A stretch of 64,000 bases of DNA from Deltaproteobacteria bacterium (GTDB lineage Bacteria > Myxococcota_A > Polyangia > Polyangiales > Polyangiaceae): the NCBI GenBank assembly GCA_016218915.1, contig JACRCQ010000006.1:114964-178963 (forward strand), in the 5' to 3' direction. The notes beneath the pieces are model-generated. The model searched no databases. It was given only the letters and a program-made list of their open reading frames with translations, and was not told the origin of the DNA. Shown in pieces: positions 7,384 to 16,549 of the stretch. Both the position numbers and the translations under genes were made by a program. How positions within the stretch are numbered: position 1 is the stretch's first letter; each line of letters opens with the position of its first letter.

Positions 7384-10300
7384 GACCACTCGTAGAATAT
7401 CCCCGGCCCGCCCCCTAGCCTGCTGCCTGCCGTCACCCCCACGCCGTACACCGAACGCTGCGTGTTCCCCCACAGCCAGTCGATCTGCATCTCTGCCTGG
7501 CTCTGCCCTGCTCCCCTCGCACGGCTCACGGCTCGCACCCGCGTGGTCCCGTCCGACGAGTACCGCTCCGCCTCCAGATGCTGCACCCGCCCGTACGAAT
7601 CGCGCCGCTCATAGGGATCTGCCCATGCTGCCAGCCGATCGAGGAACAGCATGTGCGGAAGGTTCGCGCTCAGGAAGCTGATCATGAGCAGGTTGTCGTG
7701 CTGCGGGTACTCCACGGTCTGCGTGGCAGGCATCGCAGGTCCGGACAGGTACCGCACACGCCCCACGTTGTGCATGGACAACAGATCGAACAGCGTCCCC
7801 GGGCTCCCTGCCCCGTCGAGCGTGGTCACCTGCTGCCCGATCAACCCGGCCATCCCTATCTTCACCGCATCGCCCCGGCTCGCTATCGCGATATCCCGGA
7901 TACCAGGATTGGGCACCACCCGCTTGAAGTGCAGATCCATCCACCCCTTGGGATGCTCCTTGTCGAACTTGATCGACCCGGAATCGTAGGCGTGCTGCTT
8001 GCCCCCAAGACTCAGGAATCCCCCCTCAGGCTTCAGCTCTCCCACGATCGTCCGGGTCCCGCCCCGGATGGTCACGTCGATCTGCCCCCGCGCGATCAAG
8101 TCCATCGGATCCTTGAGGATGTGTACCCGATTCGGAATCTTTATGTGAATATCGTAGCCAGCCAGCTCCCCGCTCGCAGGCGCAGGCGTCTCTTCCTGCG
8201 GCTTGGCCGGCGCCGGCTCTGGCACCGGGAGCTTGCCCACGACCACCCCCTTGTCCCCCACGAACATCACATCCCCAAGGTGCGTCTCCTCGGCCTGGTG
8301 CGCCTTGGGGAATCGATCCGGAAGCAGCAGCTCGAGCGAATTGACCTTCATCTCCACGGGCTTGATCGCCTGCCCCAGCTCTGCATGGACGTCTGCATCC
8401 AGGCTGAGCGAAGCGCGCGGCGCATCCATCGGACCGATCTCCCCACCCCCGAACACCAGCCAATCCGACGCCTTGAGGTGCGCGTCCACCAGCCTGGGGC
8501 GCAGCTCGTCCCAGGCAAGCGTCCCGTCCACCCGAAGCGTCCGATTCGGGTTCTGCAAGTCCGATTCCCGCACAGACAGCGACTCGATCCGCATGGACGA
8601 CGCGTCGCTCGCAATCCGCAGCTCCACGTCGCGAAGCTCCCGGTGCGTTCCAGGCAGGGTCACCCGGCCATGCAGCACATCGAGCCGCCCGGCTACCGCT
8701 CCGTGCACGAGCTTCGCACCTGCATCGGTCTTCTGCAGCTCGACCCCGCCCTTCATGTTCCAGTCGAGCTCCCCGCCGACTTCCATCTTCTTGCCCTTGA
8801 GAACCATCAGGGGCACCAGGCTTCTCACGTCGACATGCGCTGCCTGCACCACCAGCCCGATGGGAAGATTGCCTTCCTTCGCGCTGTAGGGAGCGAGCGC
8901 CTCGCGCGGCACCACGATCCCGATGTGCACCGGAGCCGGGCCTGTGCCTGCGGCCATCCCGAGGTCCACGCTGGCCCGCAGCTCTTCGACTCCAGCGTTC
9001 AAGCCCACCGCCGCACGCCCCTTGTGTCCGTCCAGGGTCTCGAACTCATCCAACTGCACAGCGCCGATCGCGATCGGCTTGCCGATCGTTCCGGTCACCG
9101 CGATCTTCCCCTCCACCTGGCCTGGAGCCACGAGGAGCGCAGGACGAATCGCCGACAAGTCCGACAGCGGGCGCCTGGGTATCTCGAGAGTCAGATTCAG
9201 CGCCGCATCGGCCAGCTGGTGCTTCTTGAGCGTTGCAATCAATCCGCTTCCAGCCACCCCTGCCGTGCCAGACACGCGCAGGTACTCTTCCCCGCGAATC
9301 CGGGCTCCGATGTCGAGGGTTGCTTCCTTGTCCTCCAGCTTGACGTCCACCTTGGCCGTGACCGGCTCCATCTCCTTGCCGCGCACGAAGTCCTGCACCT
9401 GCACGTGCACGTCGCCGAGCACGTCCCGCAGATTGCCATGCAGGTTCGCGTGCAGCTCGGCGTTCCCCTTCATGCCGTCGAGCTTGCCCGGCGCAAGCGG
9501 AAGCGCTGCCAGCGATTGAGGCGCAACATCCACCGTGGCCTTCCAATCCACCTCCCGCGGCCCTGCAACCAGCGGAGACCGTGACAGATCCGCATCCACG
9601 TGCGCATGTACCGCGGCAGGCGCCTGCGCGTCGAGCCACACGTCGGCATCTGCCTTGACCGCTGTTGCGTTGTCCCGGGGCGTCAGCGTTGCCAGCACGT
9701 GCGCGCGCTGCGACTTCTGCGGCGCAAGCATCCCCGCAACCTCGAGCTCCACGCGTCCCTGCGGATGCGCCGGAGTTCCGCCGAGATCCACATGCGCCTC
9801 CAGGTCAGCCGCCGGGATCTTCTTCCCGACGAGCAGGTGCGCAGGGGCGAGCGCGGCCAGGCTCAAGAGCGACTGACGCGGAATGTCGAGCTTCACACTC
9901 ATCGGGCGCCCTGGCGACAGCCCCTTCTGCCCCCCTTCCAGGAACACCGGCAGATGCACCTGCGCGTGCGCTACCTGGGACCGCTTGCCTGCGTCCTCCT
10001 TGACCGCTTCGAGCGTCGCAACGACATCGTGCTTGTTGGCCGTGCCGTCGAGCGACACCGAGAGCTTCGGAGCATTCGCACGGTCCGTGGCGCCTGCATT
10101 CACGTGCAGCGCATACCGGATGTCCGGCTCCTTGGGCGTTCCGGTCACATGGACCGTTCCAGAGACCGTTCCGTCAATCCCCTTCAGCTCCTTGCCCCGC
10201 AATCGCGCTACCTCGGAGAGCCGTATCCCCTGCAGCGAGACCTCTGCATCCACCGACTTGGCCTCGAACTTCTTGCCGTCTGCGCCAGGCTCCTTGCGCA

Positions 10301-11945
10301 CCACGTTCGCCAGGGCCCGCACGTTGACCGTGCCCCCAGCCACCCCAAGGCTCTTCAAGGTCACCACCGCGTCGAGCCCCTGGTCGAGCCTTCCATCCAC
10401 GGTGGCTTCGAGCGTGCCCTTGCGCAGCACGATCATCCCCTCGGGAAGGGATGTTTTCAGCGCCACGCCGGCTTGCTTCAGGCGCCGCAGCGCGCCGCCG
10501 ACATCGCCTTCGAGCGAGACCTGCGCGTGGAGCTGCTTGCTCGCGGTCTGCAGCCGTGCGCTCCCCCCGAGCTGCTGCCCGACCGCATGCGCTGTGAGTG
10601 AGTCGATGATCACTTCGCCGGGGATCACCCTCCCCTCCACCACTGCGCCGTCGATGACCACTTTGCCGACCGAGGTCCTTCCGACGGTCAGCGTGAAGCC
10701 GGCATTCGCAGTCTCCTTGGAGATGCCCGCGCCCTTCAGCCCCAGGGTGAGCTTGTCCGTCTCGATCGGGGGCATCTTCCTGGCATCCGCGTGCAGGAGC
10801 TTTTCAGTCTGGATCCCGGTTGCGCCGAGCACGAGGTCATACTTCGGCTGGTCCTTCACCGTGGGATCGATCGTGCCGTTCAAGGTGAGCTTGCCGCCGC
10901 CGGTGGTCAGCGTGGTCACCAGCCCGAGCTGGTTGGCCGGCCCTGACAGACGCGTCTCCAGGTCTGCGTCCGTTGCGAGCACGTTCTTCTGGAGCAGCGC
11001 GTTCAGCTTGTCCGCGTCCACGTGCAACCCGACGATCTTCCCATCCTGATCGCCCACGAGCGCGCCGTCCTTTGCATGCCCACGCACCTCGATCGCCTGG
11101 AGCATCAGCGCACCCGCAGCGAGCCTTCCCATGGTGGCGTCGAGCTCTCCTGGCCCGATCTTGAGATCCAGCCCGGCCAGCTCCACATCGATGTCCCGCG
11201 GGCCTGCACCAGCCTGCAGCACATTGACGTGCGTGGTGGTGCGGGCGAGGACCACGGTCCCTGCTCCGTCCTTGAGGTCCACCGCGAGCCCGGTGCGGAT
11301 GTTGGAAACGCTCAGCTTCAGCGGGTCCCCCTTGTCCAGGGAGAAAGCCCCAGCAATGCGCGGCACGCTCACCAGCGCCGTTCGGGTCGTGGGCACTGCG
11401 TCGATCGAGCCGTCGAGCCCGAAGTCCGACAAGGCCATTCGGGTGCCATCCGGCTTGTCGATCCTGACCTGCACACCTGCAATCGACAAGGCGCGAACCT
11501 GGATGCGCCGGTCCTTCTTCTTGCCGGTCTCCGGCGGCGCCGGAGGAGATGGCTTGACCAGCCGCTTGAGGTTCGAGGTGCCGTCTTCGTACTGCACGAC
11601 ATGCAGCGCCAGGCCGTCGAGCGCTATGGAATCGATCACGATCCTGCCTCGCACCAGGCTCGACCAGCTCGGCGAGACTTTCAGGGAGTCGAGCCGGGCA
11701 ACTTCGTCACCGGACGCGTCGACCACGCGCAATCCGGCGATCTTCAGATTGCCGAACAGTGCAAAATCGAGCTCTGCGAGCTTGCAGGTGCCCACGATCT
11801 TGGCGTTGATCGCGTGCTCCACGCGCGATCGCACCAGGTTTCGCGCGGGGCGCGAGCTGACCACCGCGAGCAGCAGCAGGATCGACGCGAGGGCGATGTC
11901 GCTGAGTGCGAGGAGGATACGGGGAATGCGCTTGCTCTTGGCCAT
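7374..11945 (-). CDS. tamB: TamB-like translocation and assembly module protein (AsmA/TamB architecture)
   Basis: ORF 7374..12971 trimmed to M343. Its ATG (11943-11945) overlaps the stop of the upstream Omp85 gene (TGATG). MAKSKRIPRILLALSDIALASILLLLAVV is an N-terminal membrane anchor, followed by about 1500 aa of repetitive beta-rich sequence. Confidence 0.85.
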   Translation of the reverse strand: MAKSKRIPRILLALSDIALASILLLLAVVSSRPARNLVRSRVEHAINAKIVGTCKLAELDFALFGNLKIAGLRVVDASGDEVARLDSLKVSPSWSSLVRGRIVIDSIALDGLALHVVQYEDGTSNLKRLVKPSPPAPPETGKKKDRRIQVRALSIAGVQVRIDKPDGTRMALSDFGLDGSIDAVPTTRTALVSVPRIAGAFSLDKGDPLKLSVSNIRTGLAVDLKDGAGTVVLARTTTHVNVLQAGAGPRDIDVELAGLDLKIGPGELDATMGRLAAGALMLQAIEVRGHAKDGALVGDQDGKIVGLHVDADKLNALLQKNVLATDADLETRLSGPANQLGLVTTLTTGGGKLTLNGTIDPTVKDQPKYDLVLGATGIQTEKLLHADARKMPPIETDKLTLGLKGAGISKETANAGFTLTVGRTSVGKVVIDGAVVEGRVIPGEVIIDSLTAHAVGQQLGGSARLQTASKQLHAQVSLEGDVGGALRRLKQAGVALKTSLPEGMIVLRKGTLEATVDGRLDQGLDAVVTLKSLGVAGGTVNVRALANVVRKEPGADGKKFEAKSVDAEVSLQGIRLSEVARLRGKELKGIDGTVSGTVHVTGTPKEPDIRYALHVNAGATDRANAPKLSVSLDGTANKHDVVATLEAVKEDAGKRSQVAHAQVHLPVFLEGGQKGLSPGRPMSVKLDIPRQSLLSLAALAPAHLLVGKKIPAADLEAHVDLGGTPAHPQGRVELEVAGMLAPQKSQRAHVLATLTPRDNATAVKADADVWLDAQAPAAVHAHVDADLSRSPLVAGPREVDWKATVDVAPQSLAALPLAPGKLDGMKGNAELHANLHGNLRDVLGDVHVQVQDFVRGKEMEPVTAKVDVKLEDKEATLDIGARIRGEEYLRVSGTAGVAGSGLIATLKKHQLADAALNLTLEIPRRPLSDLSAIRPALLVAPGQVEGKIAVTGTIGKPIAIGAVQLDEFETLDGHKGRAAVGLNAGVEELRASVDLGMAAGTGPAPVHIGIVVPREALAPYSAKEGNLPIGLVVQAAHVDVRSLVPLMVLKGKKMEVGGELDWNMKGGVELQKTDAGAKLVHGAVAGRLDVLHGRVTLPGTHRELRDVELRIASDASSMRIESLSVRESDLQNPNRTLRVDGTLAWDELRPRLVDAHLKASDWLVFGGGEIGPMDAPRASLSLDADVHAELGQAIKPVEMKVNSLELLLPDRFPKAHQAEETHLGDVMFVGDKGVVVGKLPVPEPAPAKPQEETPAPASGELAGYDIHIKIPNRVHILKDPMDLIARGQIDVTIRGGTRTIVGELKPEGGFLSLGGKQHAYDSGSIKFDKEHPKGWMDLHFKRVVPNPGIRDIAIASRGDAVKIGMAGLIGQQVTTLDGAGSPGTLFDLLSMHNVGRVRYLSGPAMPATQTVEYPQHDNLLMISFLSANLPHMLFLDRLAAWADPYERRDSYGRVQHLEAERYSSDGTTRVRAVSRARGAGQSQAEMQIDWLWGNTQRSVYGVGVTAGSRLGGGPGIFYEWSGN

Positions 11946-14077
11946 CAGAACGCCTCCCCGATACGGAAGAACAGCAGGTAGGGGTCCCAGGATCCTGGCT
12001 TCTGCGTGGTGCCGTGATCGAGCAGGCGGTAGGCCACGTCGATCGCCATGGGCAGGTACCAGAGACGAAGCCTGAAGCCGAGTCCGAACGCGAGATTGGT
12101 ACCTTCGTGCAGGGGATTGGACTTGATGGAGGCTCCGCCCACGTCCACGAACGTGATGGCCCCTATGGGCTTGAGCGGCGGGAGAAAGCGCGCTTCGAGG
12201 GAGGCTTCCATCAGGCTCAATCCGCCCACAGGAACGTCGCGGCAGCTCGGCGCTGCCGCAGGATCGACGGTCTCGCACGAGGTGGCATAGGGAGACATGC
12301 GATGTCTGCCAAAGCCGCGCATGCCGTAGGCTCCGCCACCGAAGAACCTGGGGCCCAGCGGTACACCATTGTCTCCTGCGGCAAGTACCCATCCTCCTGC
12401 GGCGCGCACACCGATCGACAGGGACGGGCTCAAAGGGATGAATCCTCGCGCATCCGGAACGACGGACAGCCAGCGGTGCGTGGCAAGGGCGCCCCCCGGC
12501 GAAAGCTGGGTCCGCAGGGCGAGCATGTGCCCTTTCATAGGCTCCACGGGATTGTCGCGCGCGTCCCAGGTGAGCGCCGCTTCCGCGTCGGCGCCGCGGG
12601 ATCGGTCGGTCGACGCAAGGGAGAATGCATCGCGCGCTGCGTTGTCGAACGGCCCGAACCCGAGCTGCCAGCCTGCCCTGAAGTACAGGTCGAGGTCCAG
12701 GAACAGATTGCGTTCGAGCGCTGTGCGTATGCCCGGCCCTGCGGTCACCTCGCGCAGGTGGAAGGTCGGGTACAGGTCGTCGAAGAATCGCGCGGTCATC
12801 CGGGCGTCGCCGAGGCGCCCGAGCAGGCCAGGATGGATCGTTCGCGCGAGCGCTTCGCCGTAGAACCCGGAAGGGTCGTCCGGCCGCTTGTCCACGTCCC
12901 ACAACCACCCATGCCCGAACCGGCCTTCGAGCACGAGGTGGTGCCATGGCCCGAACAGATCGCGCAGCCACAGCCGGCTTTCGGCAGATGCGTCGAGGCG
13001 GGTGGGATCCGCTTCCACGCCAGCCCGCAGCCTGACCTGCGTCCTGGGCGATTCGACCACGTGCACCTTGAGGTCGACGTCGGACGGCAGCTTGCGCGGA
13101 ACCAGATTTCCCTGGGCGTCCACCTGCTCGTCCTTGAGCTCTCCGCCCGTATCAGGCGCAGTGCCCGGCACGATGAACTTGACGTCGACGTTGGAGCGGA
13201 TGAACACGGCTGCAAAGTCGCCGGTGTCGAGCAGGTCCCACTCGGACTTCTCCTTGGTGGCGAGATCGTAGGGGTCGCCTGGCTGCATGCCGATCCGACG
13301 CAGGATCAGCTCAGCAGGGACGCGGGCATTGCCGTCCACGATGATCTTGCCGACCCGGGTGCGGGGGCCGGTATCGACGTAGTAGTACCAGTAGATCTCC
13401 TGCTTGGAGCGATCGACGAACGCGCGGCTGTAGATGTTGGCGTGGCCATAGCCTCTACGGCGCAGGTACTCCCCCATCGTGTGGCGCACCTTGCGGAACT
13501 TCTCGAGGTCCACGCGCGCCTCGCCCGGGCCAAAGGGGATCAGACGCATCAACGCCCGCTCGTGGTCTTCCGGCGCATGAAGCAGGTTCACCGACCCGAT
13601 GCGGTAGCGCTTCCCCTCGCTCACTTTCCAGGTGATCGCGGCTGTGGTCTTGGCGTCGTCGAATCGAACCTCGGGCTCGTCGACCTGCACGTCGAAGTAG
13701 CCGTAGGTCTGCCAGTACGCCGTGATCCGGCGCCGATCCTCAGCCTCGCGGAACACGCCGTAGCTCCGCATCGGATAGATCAGCGAGGCGACGCGCATGC
13801 CCAGGCGGTTGGGCAGCTCGCCAAGCTCCAGCTGCAACGGCTCTGCGGTCTTGGACTGGATGGTCACGCTGACCACGCGGATGTCGGTCTCACCGGGAAC
13901 GCGCGCAGGACGCTGCACGTTGCAGCCCATCGAGCTGCAGACCGCGAGCAGGAACGTCAGTATCATCTGAACGGTCCAACGCGCGTGGGTCTGATGACCC
14001 CGCCCTGCCGGGTGCGCTGCAAGCCGGTCTTTCATCCGCCTCGTGTGATCGTCGTGCCGTTCTTTTCTCGGTATCAT
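11945..14077 (-). CDS. tamA: BamA/TamA-family (Omp85) outer membrane protein
   Basis: 710-aa ORF with POTRA-like N-terminal repeats and a C-terminal barrel ending in the aromatic signature FFRIGEAF. Coupled by a 1-nt overlap to tamB. Start uncertain: alternatives at 14035 (M15, GAGG upstream) and 13966 (M38, MILTFLLAVCSSMGC). Confidence 0.85.
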   Translation of the reverse strand: MIPRKERHDDHTRRMKDRLAAHPAGRGHQTHARWTVQMILTFLLAVCSSMGCNVQRPARVPGETDIRVVSVTIQSKTAEPLQLELGELPNRLGMRVASLIYPMRSYGVFREAEDRRRITAYWQTYGYFDVQVDEPEVRFDDAKTTAAITWKVSEGKRYRIGSVNLLHAPEDHERALMRLIPFGPGEARVDLEKFRKVRHTMGEYLRRRGYGHANIYSRAFVDRSKQEIYWYYYVDTGPRTRVGKIIVDGNARVPAELILRRIGMQPGDPYDLATKEKSEWDLLDTGDFAAVFIRSNVDVKFIVPGTAPDTGGELKDEQVDAQGNLVPRKLPSDVDLKVHVVESPRTQVRLRAGVEADPTRLDASAESRLWLRDLFGPWHHLVLEGRFGHGWLWDVDKRPDDPSGFYGEALARTIHPGLLGRLGDARMTARFFDDLYPTFHLREVTAGPGIRTALERNLFLDLDLYFRAGWQLGFGPFDNAARDAFSLASTDRSRGADAEAALTWDARDNPVEPMKGHMLALRTQLSPGGALATHRWLSVVPDARGFIPLSPSLSIGVRAAGGWVLAAGDNGVPLGPRFFGGGAYGMRGFGRHRMSPYATSCETVDPAAAPSCRDVPVGGLSLMEASLEARFLPPLKPIGAITFVDVGGASIKSNPLHEGTNLAFGLGFRLRLWYLPMAIDVAYRLLDHGTTQKPGSWDPYLLFFRIGEAF

Positions 14078-14216
14078 GATTCGTGACGACGGTCACGAGA
14101 TGAGTCCAACGGAGGGCATGGGGCGGCAAGCGGAACGACGCAACCGGTCAGAGTGCGTCCGCGATGGAAGGATCTGAAGGGTTGAATTCACCACGTCCGG
14201 GCGTCAGACTCGCGCC

Positions 14217-15071
14217 ATGCAACAGCACGATGCTCGGGGGCCTGCTTCATCCAAGCGACCCCGGGTCCGTGTGGGCGTCGCACTTCGCGCAGCGCGCAAC
14301 AAGACTTCTGCCTGCTTCGCTGCGGCAGCCCTGCGCGTGAGGCTCGAGGCTTTCTGCAGCGCTCTGGAGCGTGCCACCGGGTTGCGGGTCAGCGCGTGCG
14401 CTCATGAGGACTACGATGCGCTGCTGCGCTCGGTCCTCGAGCACGAGGTCGACATCGCCTGGCTCCCGCCGTTGATGGCGGTCCATGCGATCGAGAAGCA
14501 GACCGCAACTGCGCTATTGGTGCCGGTGCGGGGCGGCTCCTCGTCGTACTGGTCAGCGCTGTTCTGCCGTCACGACAGCCCCATCCGAACGCTGGCGGAT
14601 CTGAAGGGACGACGCATTGCCTGGGTGGATCCGCAGAGCGCAGCAGGGCACACGGTGATGCGGGCGTGGCTGCGTGCGCACGGGGTGGACGTGGAGCGCA
14701 CCTTCTCGCGGGCTGGATTCGTGGGAAGCCACGACGCGGTGGTGGGCAATGTGCTGGGCGGCAAGGCGGACGTGGGAGCCACGTTCGCGCACGTTGCAGG
14801 CCCTGGGCAGGAGCCGACCGGGCCATGGCACGACGCGCCGGTGCGGGTGATCGGGCTGGCCGGACCGATTCCGTCGGACGTGCTCGCGGCTGGCACGACG
14901 CTGACCGAGGCAACGATCCGAACGCTGCGAGATGCGTTGACCGGAGAGGTGGACAGCGAGCTTCGGGGAGCGGCGCTTGCGCTGTTCGAGGCGGACCGGT
15001 TCGTCCCGGCGAGCGCGGTCGATCTGGAGCCGCTGCGTGCGCTCGACGCCAGCGCGAAGCTGCGCGGGTAG
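14217..15071 (+). CDS. PhnD-like periplasmic-binding-protein-fold protein (phosphate/phosphonate SBP family), no signal peptide seen
   Basis: VRVGVAL..YDALLRSVLEHEVDIAWLPPLMAV..LADLKGRRIAWVDPQSAAGH..VGSHDAVVGNVLGGKADVGA follows the PhnD/type-2 PBP pattern. No adjacent ABC permease or ATPase. Confidence 0.75.
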   Translation: MQQHDARGPASSKRPRVRVGVALRAARNKTSACFAAAALRVRLEAFCSALERATGLRVSACAHEDYDALLRSVLEHEVDIAWLPPLMAVHAIEKQTATALLVPVRGGSSSYWSALFCRHDSPIRTLADLKGRRIAWVDPQSAAGHTVMRAWLRAHGVDVERTFSRAGFVGSHDAVVGNVLGGKADVGATFAHVAGPGQEPTGPWHDAPVRVIGLAGPIPSDVLAAGTTLTEATIRTLRDALTGEVDSELRGAALALFEADRFVPASAVDLEPLRALDASAKLRG

Positions 15072-15073
15072 CC

Positions 15074-16549
15074 TCAATCCTCGAAGTCCGGAACCTCGGT
15101 CGTCTTCGGGATGTTGAGCGGACGGCGCACCACGCGGCTGGCCGGATCTTCGGGCTGCATGGCGAGATCGAAGTCGATCGGCTCTGCGAGCATGGCCTTG
15201 TCGGCATCGGTCATGATCTGGACTGGCGGCCTGGCGAAGTCGGCGGTGGCAGCGGGAGCTCCCAGGACCAGGGCGATTTCCCCCGTGTTGAGCTCGACCA
15301 TGGTTCCTGCGGGGAAGAGCCCGAGGGAGCGGACCAGCAGACGGGCGCACGCTTGATCGATCGGCTGCACGGCCTCGGCTTCCAGCTGGGCGATCGTCTG
15401 ATCGATGCTCACCGGCGGCACGCCTGGGTAGGGCGTGCGGATCTCGTTGAAGCGACGCGCCGTGTGCAGCAGCGTCGCAAGCATGGTGCGCGGCCTTTCG
15501 GATCCTCGCGGATTGGCTTCGCGCGGGTGCAGCGCCTCGTAGGCGACCACGCTGCGCCGGAGGGAGGTCTTGTGGAACTCGCCGATCACGGCGAGCACGC
15601 CGAGGGTGCGGGTTGCGAGCAGCTCCGGCTCCAGCGGCGCGCCGTTCCAGGCGGCCCCGGAGTCCGCGAGCAAGGCCGCTTGCACGACTGTCGTGAGCGT
15701 CGCCCGCTCCGTGGTCAGAAAACGCGTCATGGAAAGCGCGATCACCGCTGTGCTGACTGCCCGGCGCGCAGGCTCATCGTCGACCAGCGCCCCGGACGCG
15801 ATCGAGACGAGCAGCTCTGGCATGACTTCGGAGATCGCCACGAGCTTCTGGGCGATGCGCTTGACCTCGTGCGCTCCTCGCGTGCTCCCCAGCGCCAGCT
15901 GCAGGTGGAACGACCGCAGGATCAGCACAGACGCGGCGTAGCTCTTGATCGCCCGCGCCACCACGGATTCGTCCGACTCCCGCGTGCCATCCACGTCCGG
16001 GCCGATCGCCTTGCGAACGGCCACACCCGGCACGTTGCACTCCTGGAGCGCCTCGAGAGCTGCGGGGCCGCGCTGGGCTTCCACCAGCAGCCGTGCGACC
16101 TCGAGCACGGAGCTGCCTTCGATCCCACGATCGATGGTGAGCTCGTTGAACCCGCAGGCGTCCATCCATCCGCCGAGCTGCATGGCGAGTGCGAAGACTT
16201 CCCGGGTGGCCCGCATGATGCGTCGGTTGACGAACACCCGATCGCGGGCGAAGGTCACGCGAACGCTGTCGACCTCGAACAGGCCGCAGTAGTCGGCCAC
16301 GGTCTGCACGGCCACGGGCACGAGCTGCTGGACGGCCTCGTTGGAGGTGTCGTACAGCTGGCACGCCTTGACGAGACGATAGAACGCCAAAACGAGGCGG
16401 GCTCCAGCGGCGCGGCGGTGCTGCGTGGTTCCGGCGGCGTCCATTCCATCCAGGGCTTCGCCCCCGGGTCGCATGGATCGGCTGGCCGCAGGCGTCTGCA
16501 TGCTGGCCGGGCCTGCGGGTCGCTCGGAGCCGGAGAAGGGAGGCTTCAT
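15074..16549 (-). CDS. conserved hypothetical protein (491 aa), translationally coupled to the Hsp70-like gene
   Basis: Its ATG overlaps the upstream stop (ATGA at 16546-16549). Helical, Ala/Leu-rich with coding GC3. I could not see an HD or other catalytic motif. Confidence 0.75.
   Translation of the reverse strand: MKPPFSGSERPAGPASMQTPAASRSMRPGGEALDGMDAAGTTQHRRAAGARLVLAFYRLVKACQLYDTSNEAVQQLVPVAVQTVADYCGLFEVDSVRVTFARDRVFVNRRIMRATREVFALAMQLGGWMDACGFNELTIDRGIEGSSVLEVARLLVEAQRGPAALEALQECNVPGVAVRKAIGPDVDGTRESDESVVARAIKSYAASVLILRSFHLQLALGSTRGAHEVKRIAQKLVAISEVMPELLVSIASGALVDDEPARRAVSTAVIALSMTRFLTTERATLTTVVQAALLADSGAAWNGAPLEPELLATRTLGVLAVIGEFHKTSLRRSVVAYEALHPREANPRGSERPRTMLATLLHTARRFNEIRTPYPGVPPVSIDQTIAQLEAEAVQPIDQACARLLVRSLGLFPAGTMVELNTGEIALVLGAPAATADFARPPVQIMTDADKAMLAEPIDFDLAMQPEDPASRVVRRPLNIPKTTEVPDFED

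Noticed and set aside
7578-9584. 668-aa plus-strand ORF and other long ORFs (9600..10601, 9883..11049, 11022..11981, 11131..12075) antisense to tamB
   Set aside because: They have His/Arg/Pro/Leu-rich nonsense composition and no start context, and they overlap a well-supported 1523-aa membrane-anchored CDS.
11945-14077. Possible lipobox in the TamA-like protein (LLAVCSSMGC)
   Set aside because: Neither Cys has a good L-[AS]-[GA]-C context, so an ordinary signal peptidase I signal is more likely.
11906-14086. 726-aa plus-strand ORF antisense to the Omp85 (tamA) gene
   Set aside because: It has no domain signatures, while the minus frame has the POTRA/barrel pattern and a terminal aromatic residue.
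15074-16549. Temptation to call the 491-aa protein an HD or HD-GYP phosphohydrolase
   Set aside because: I could not find an H..HD or GYP signature in the translation, so it is left as hypothetical.
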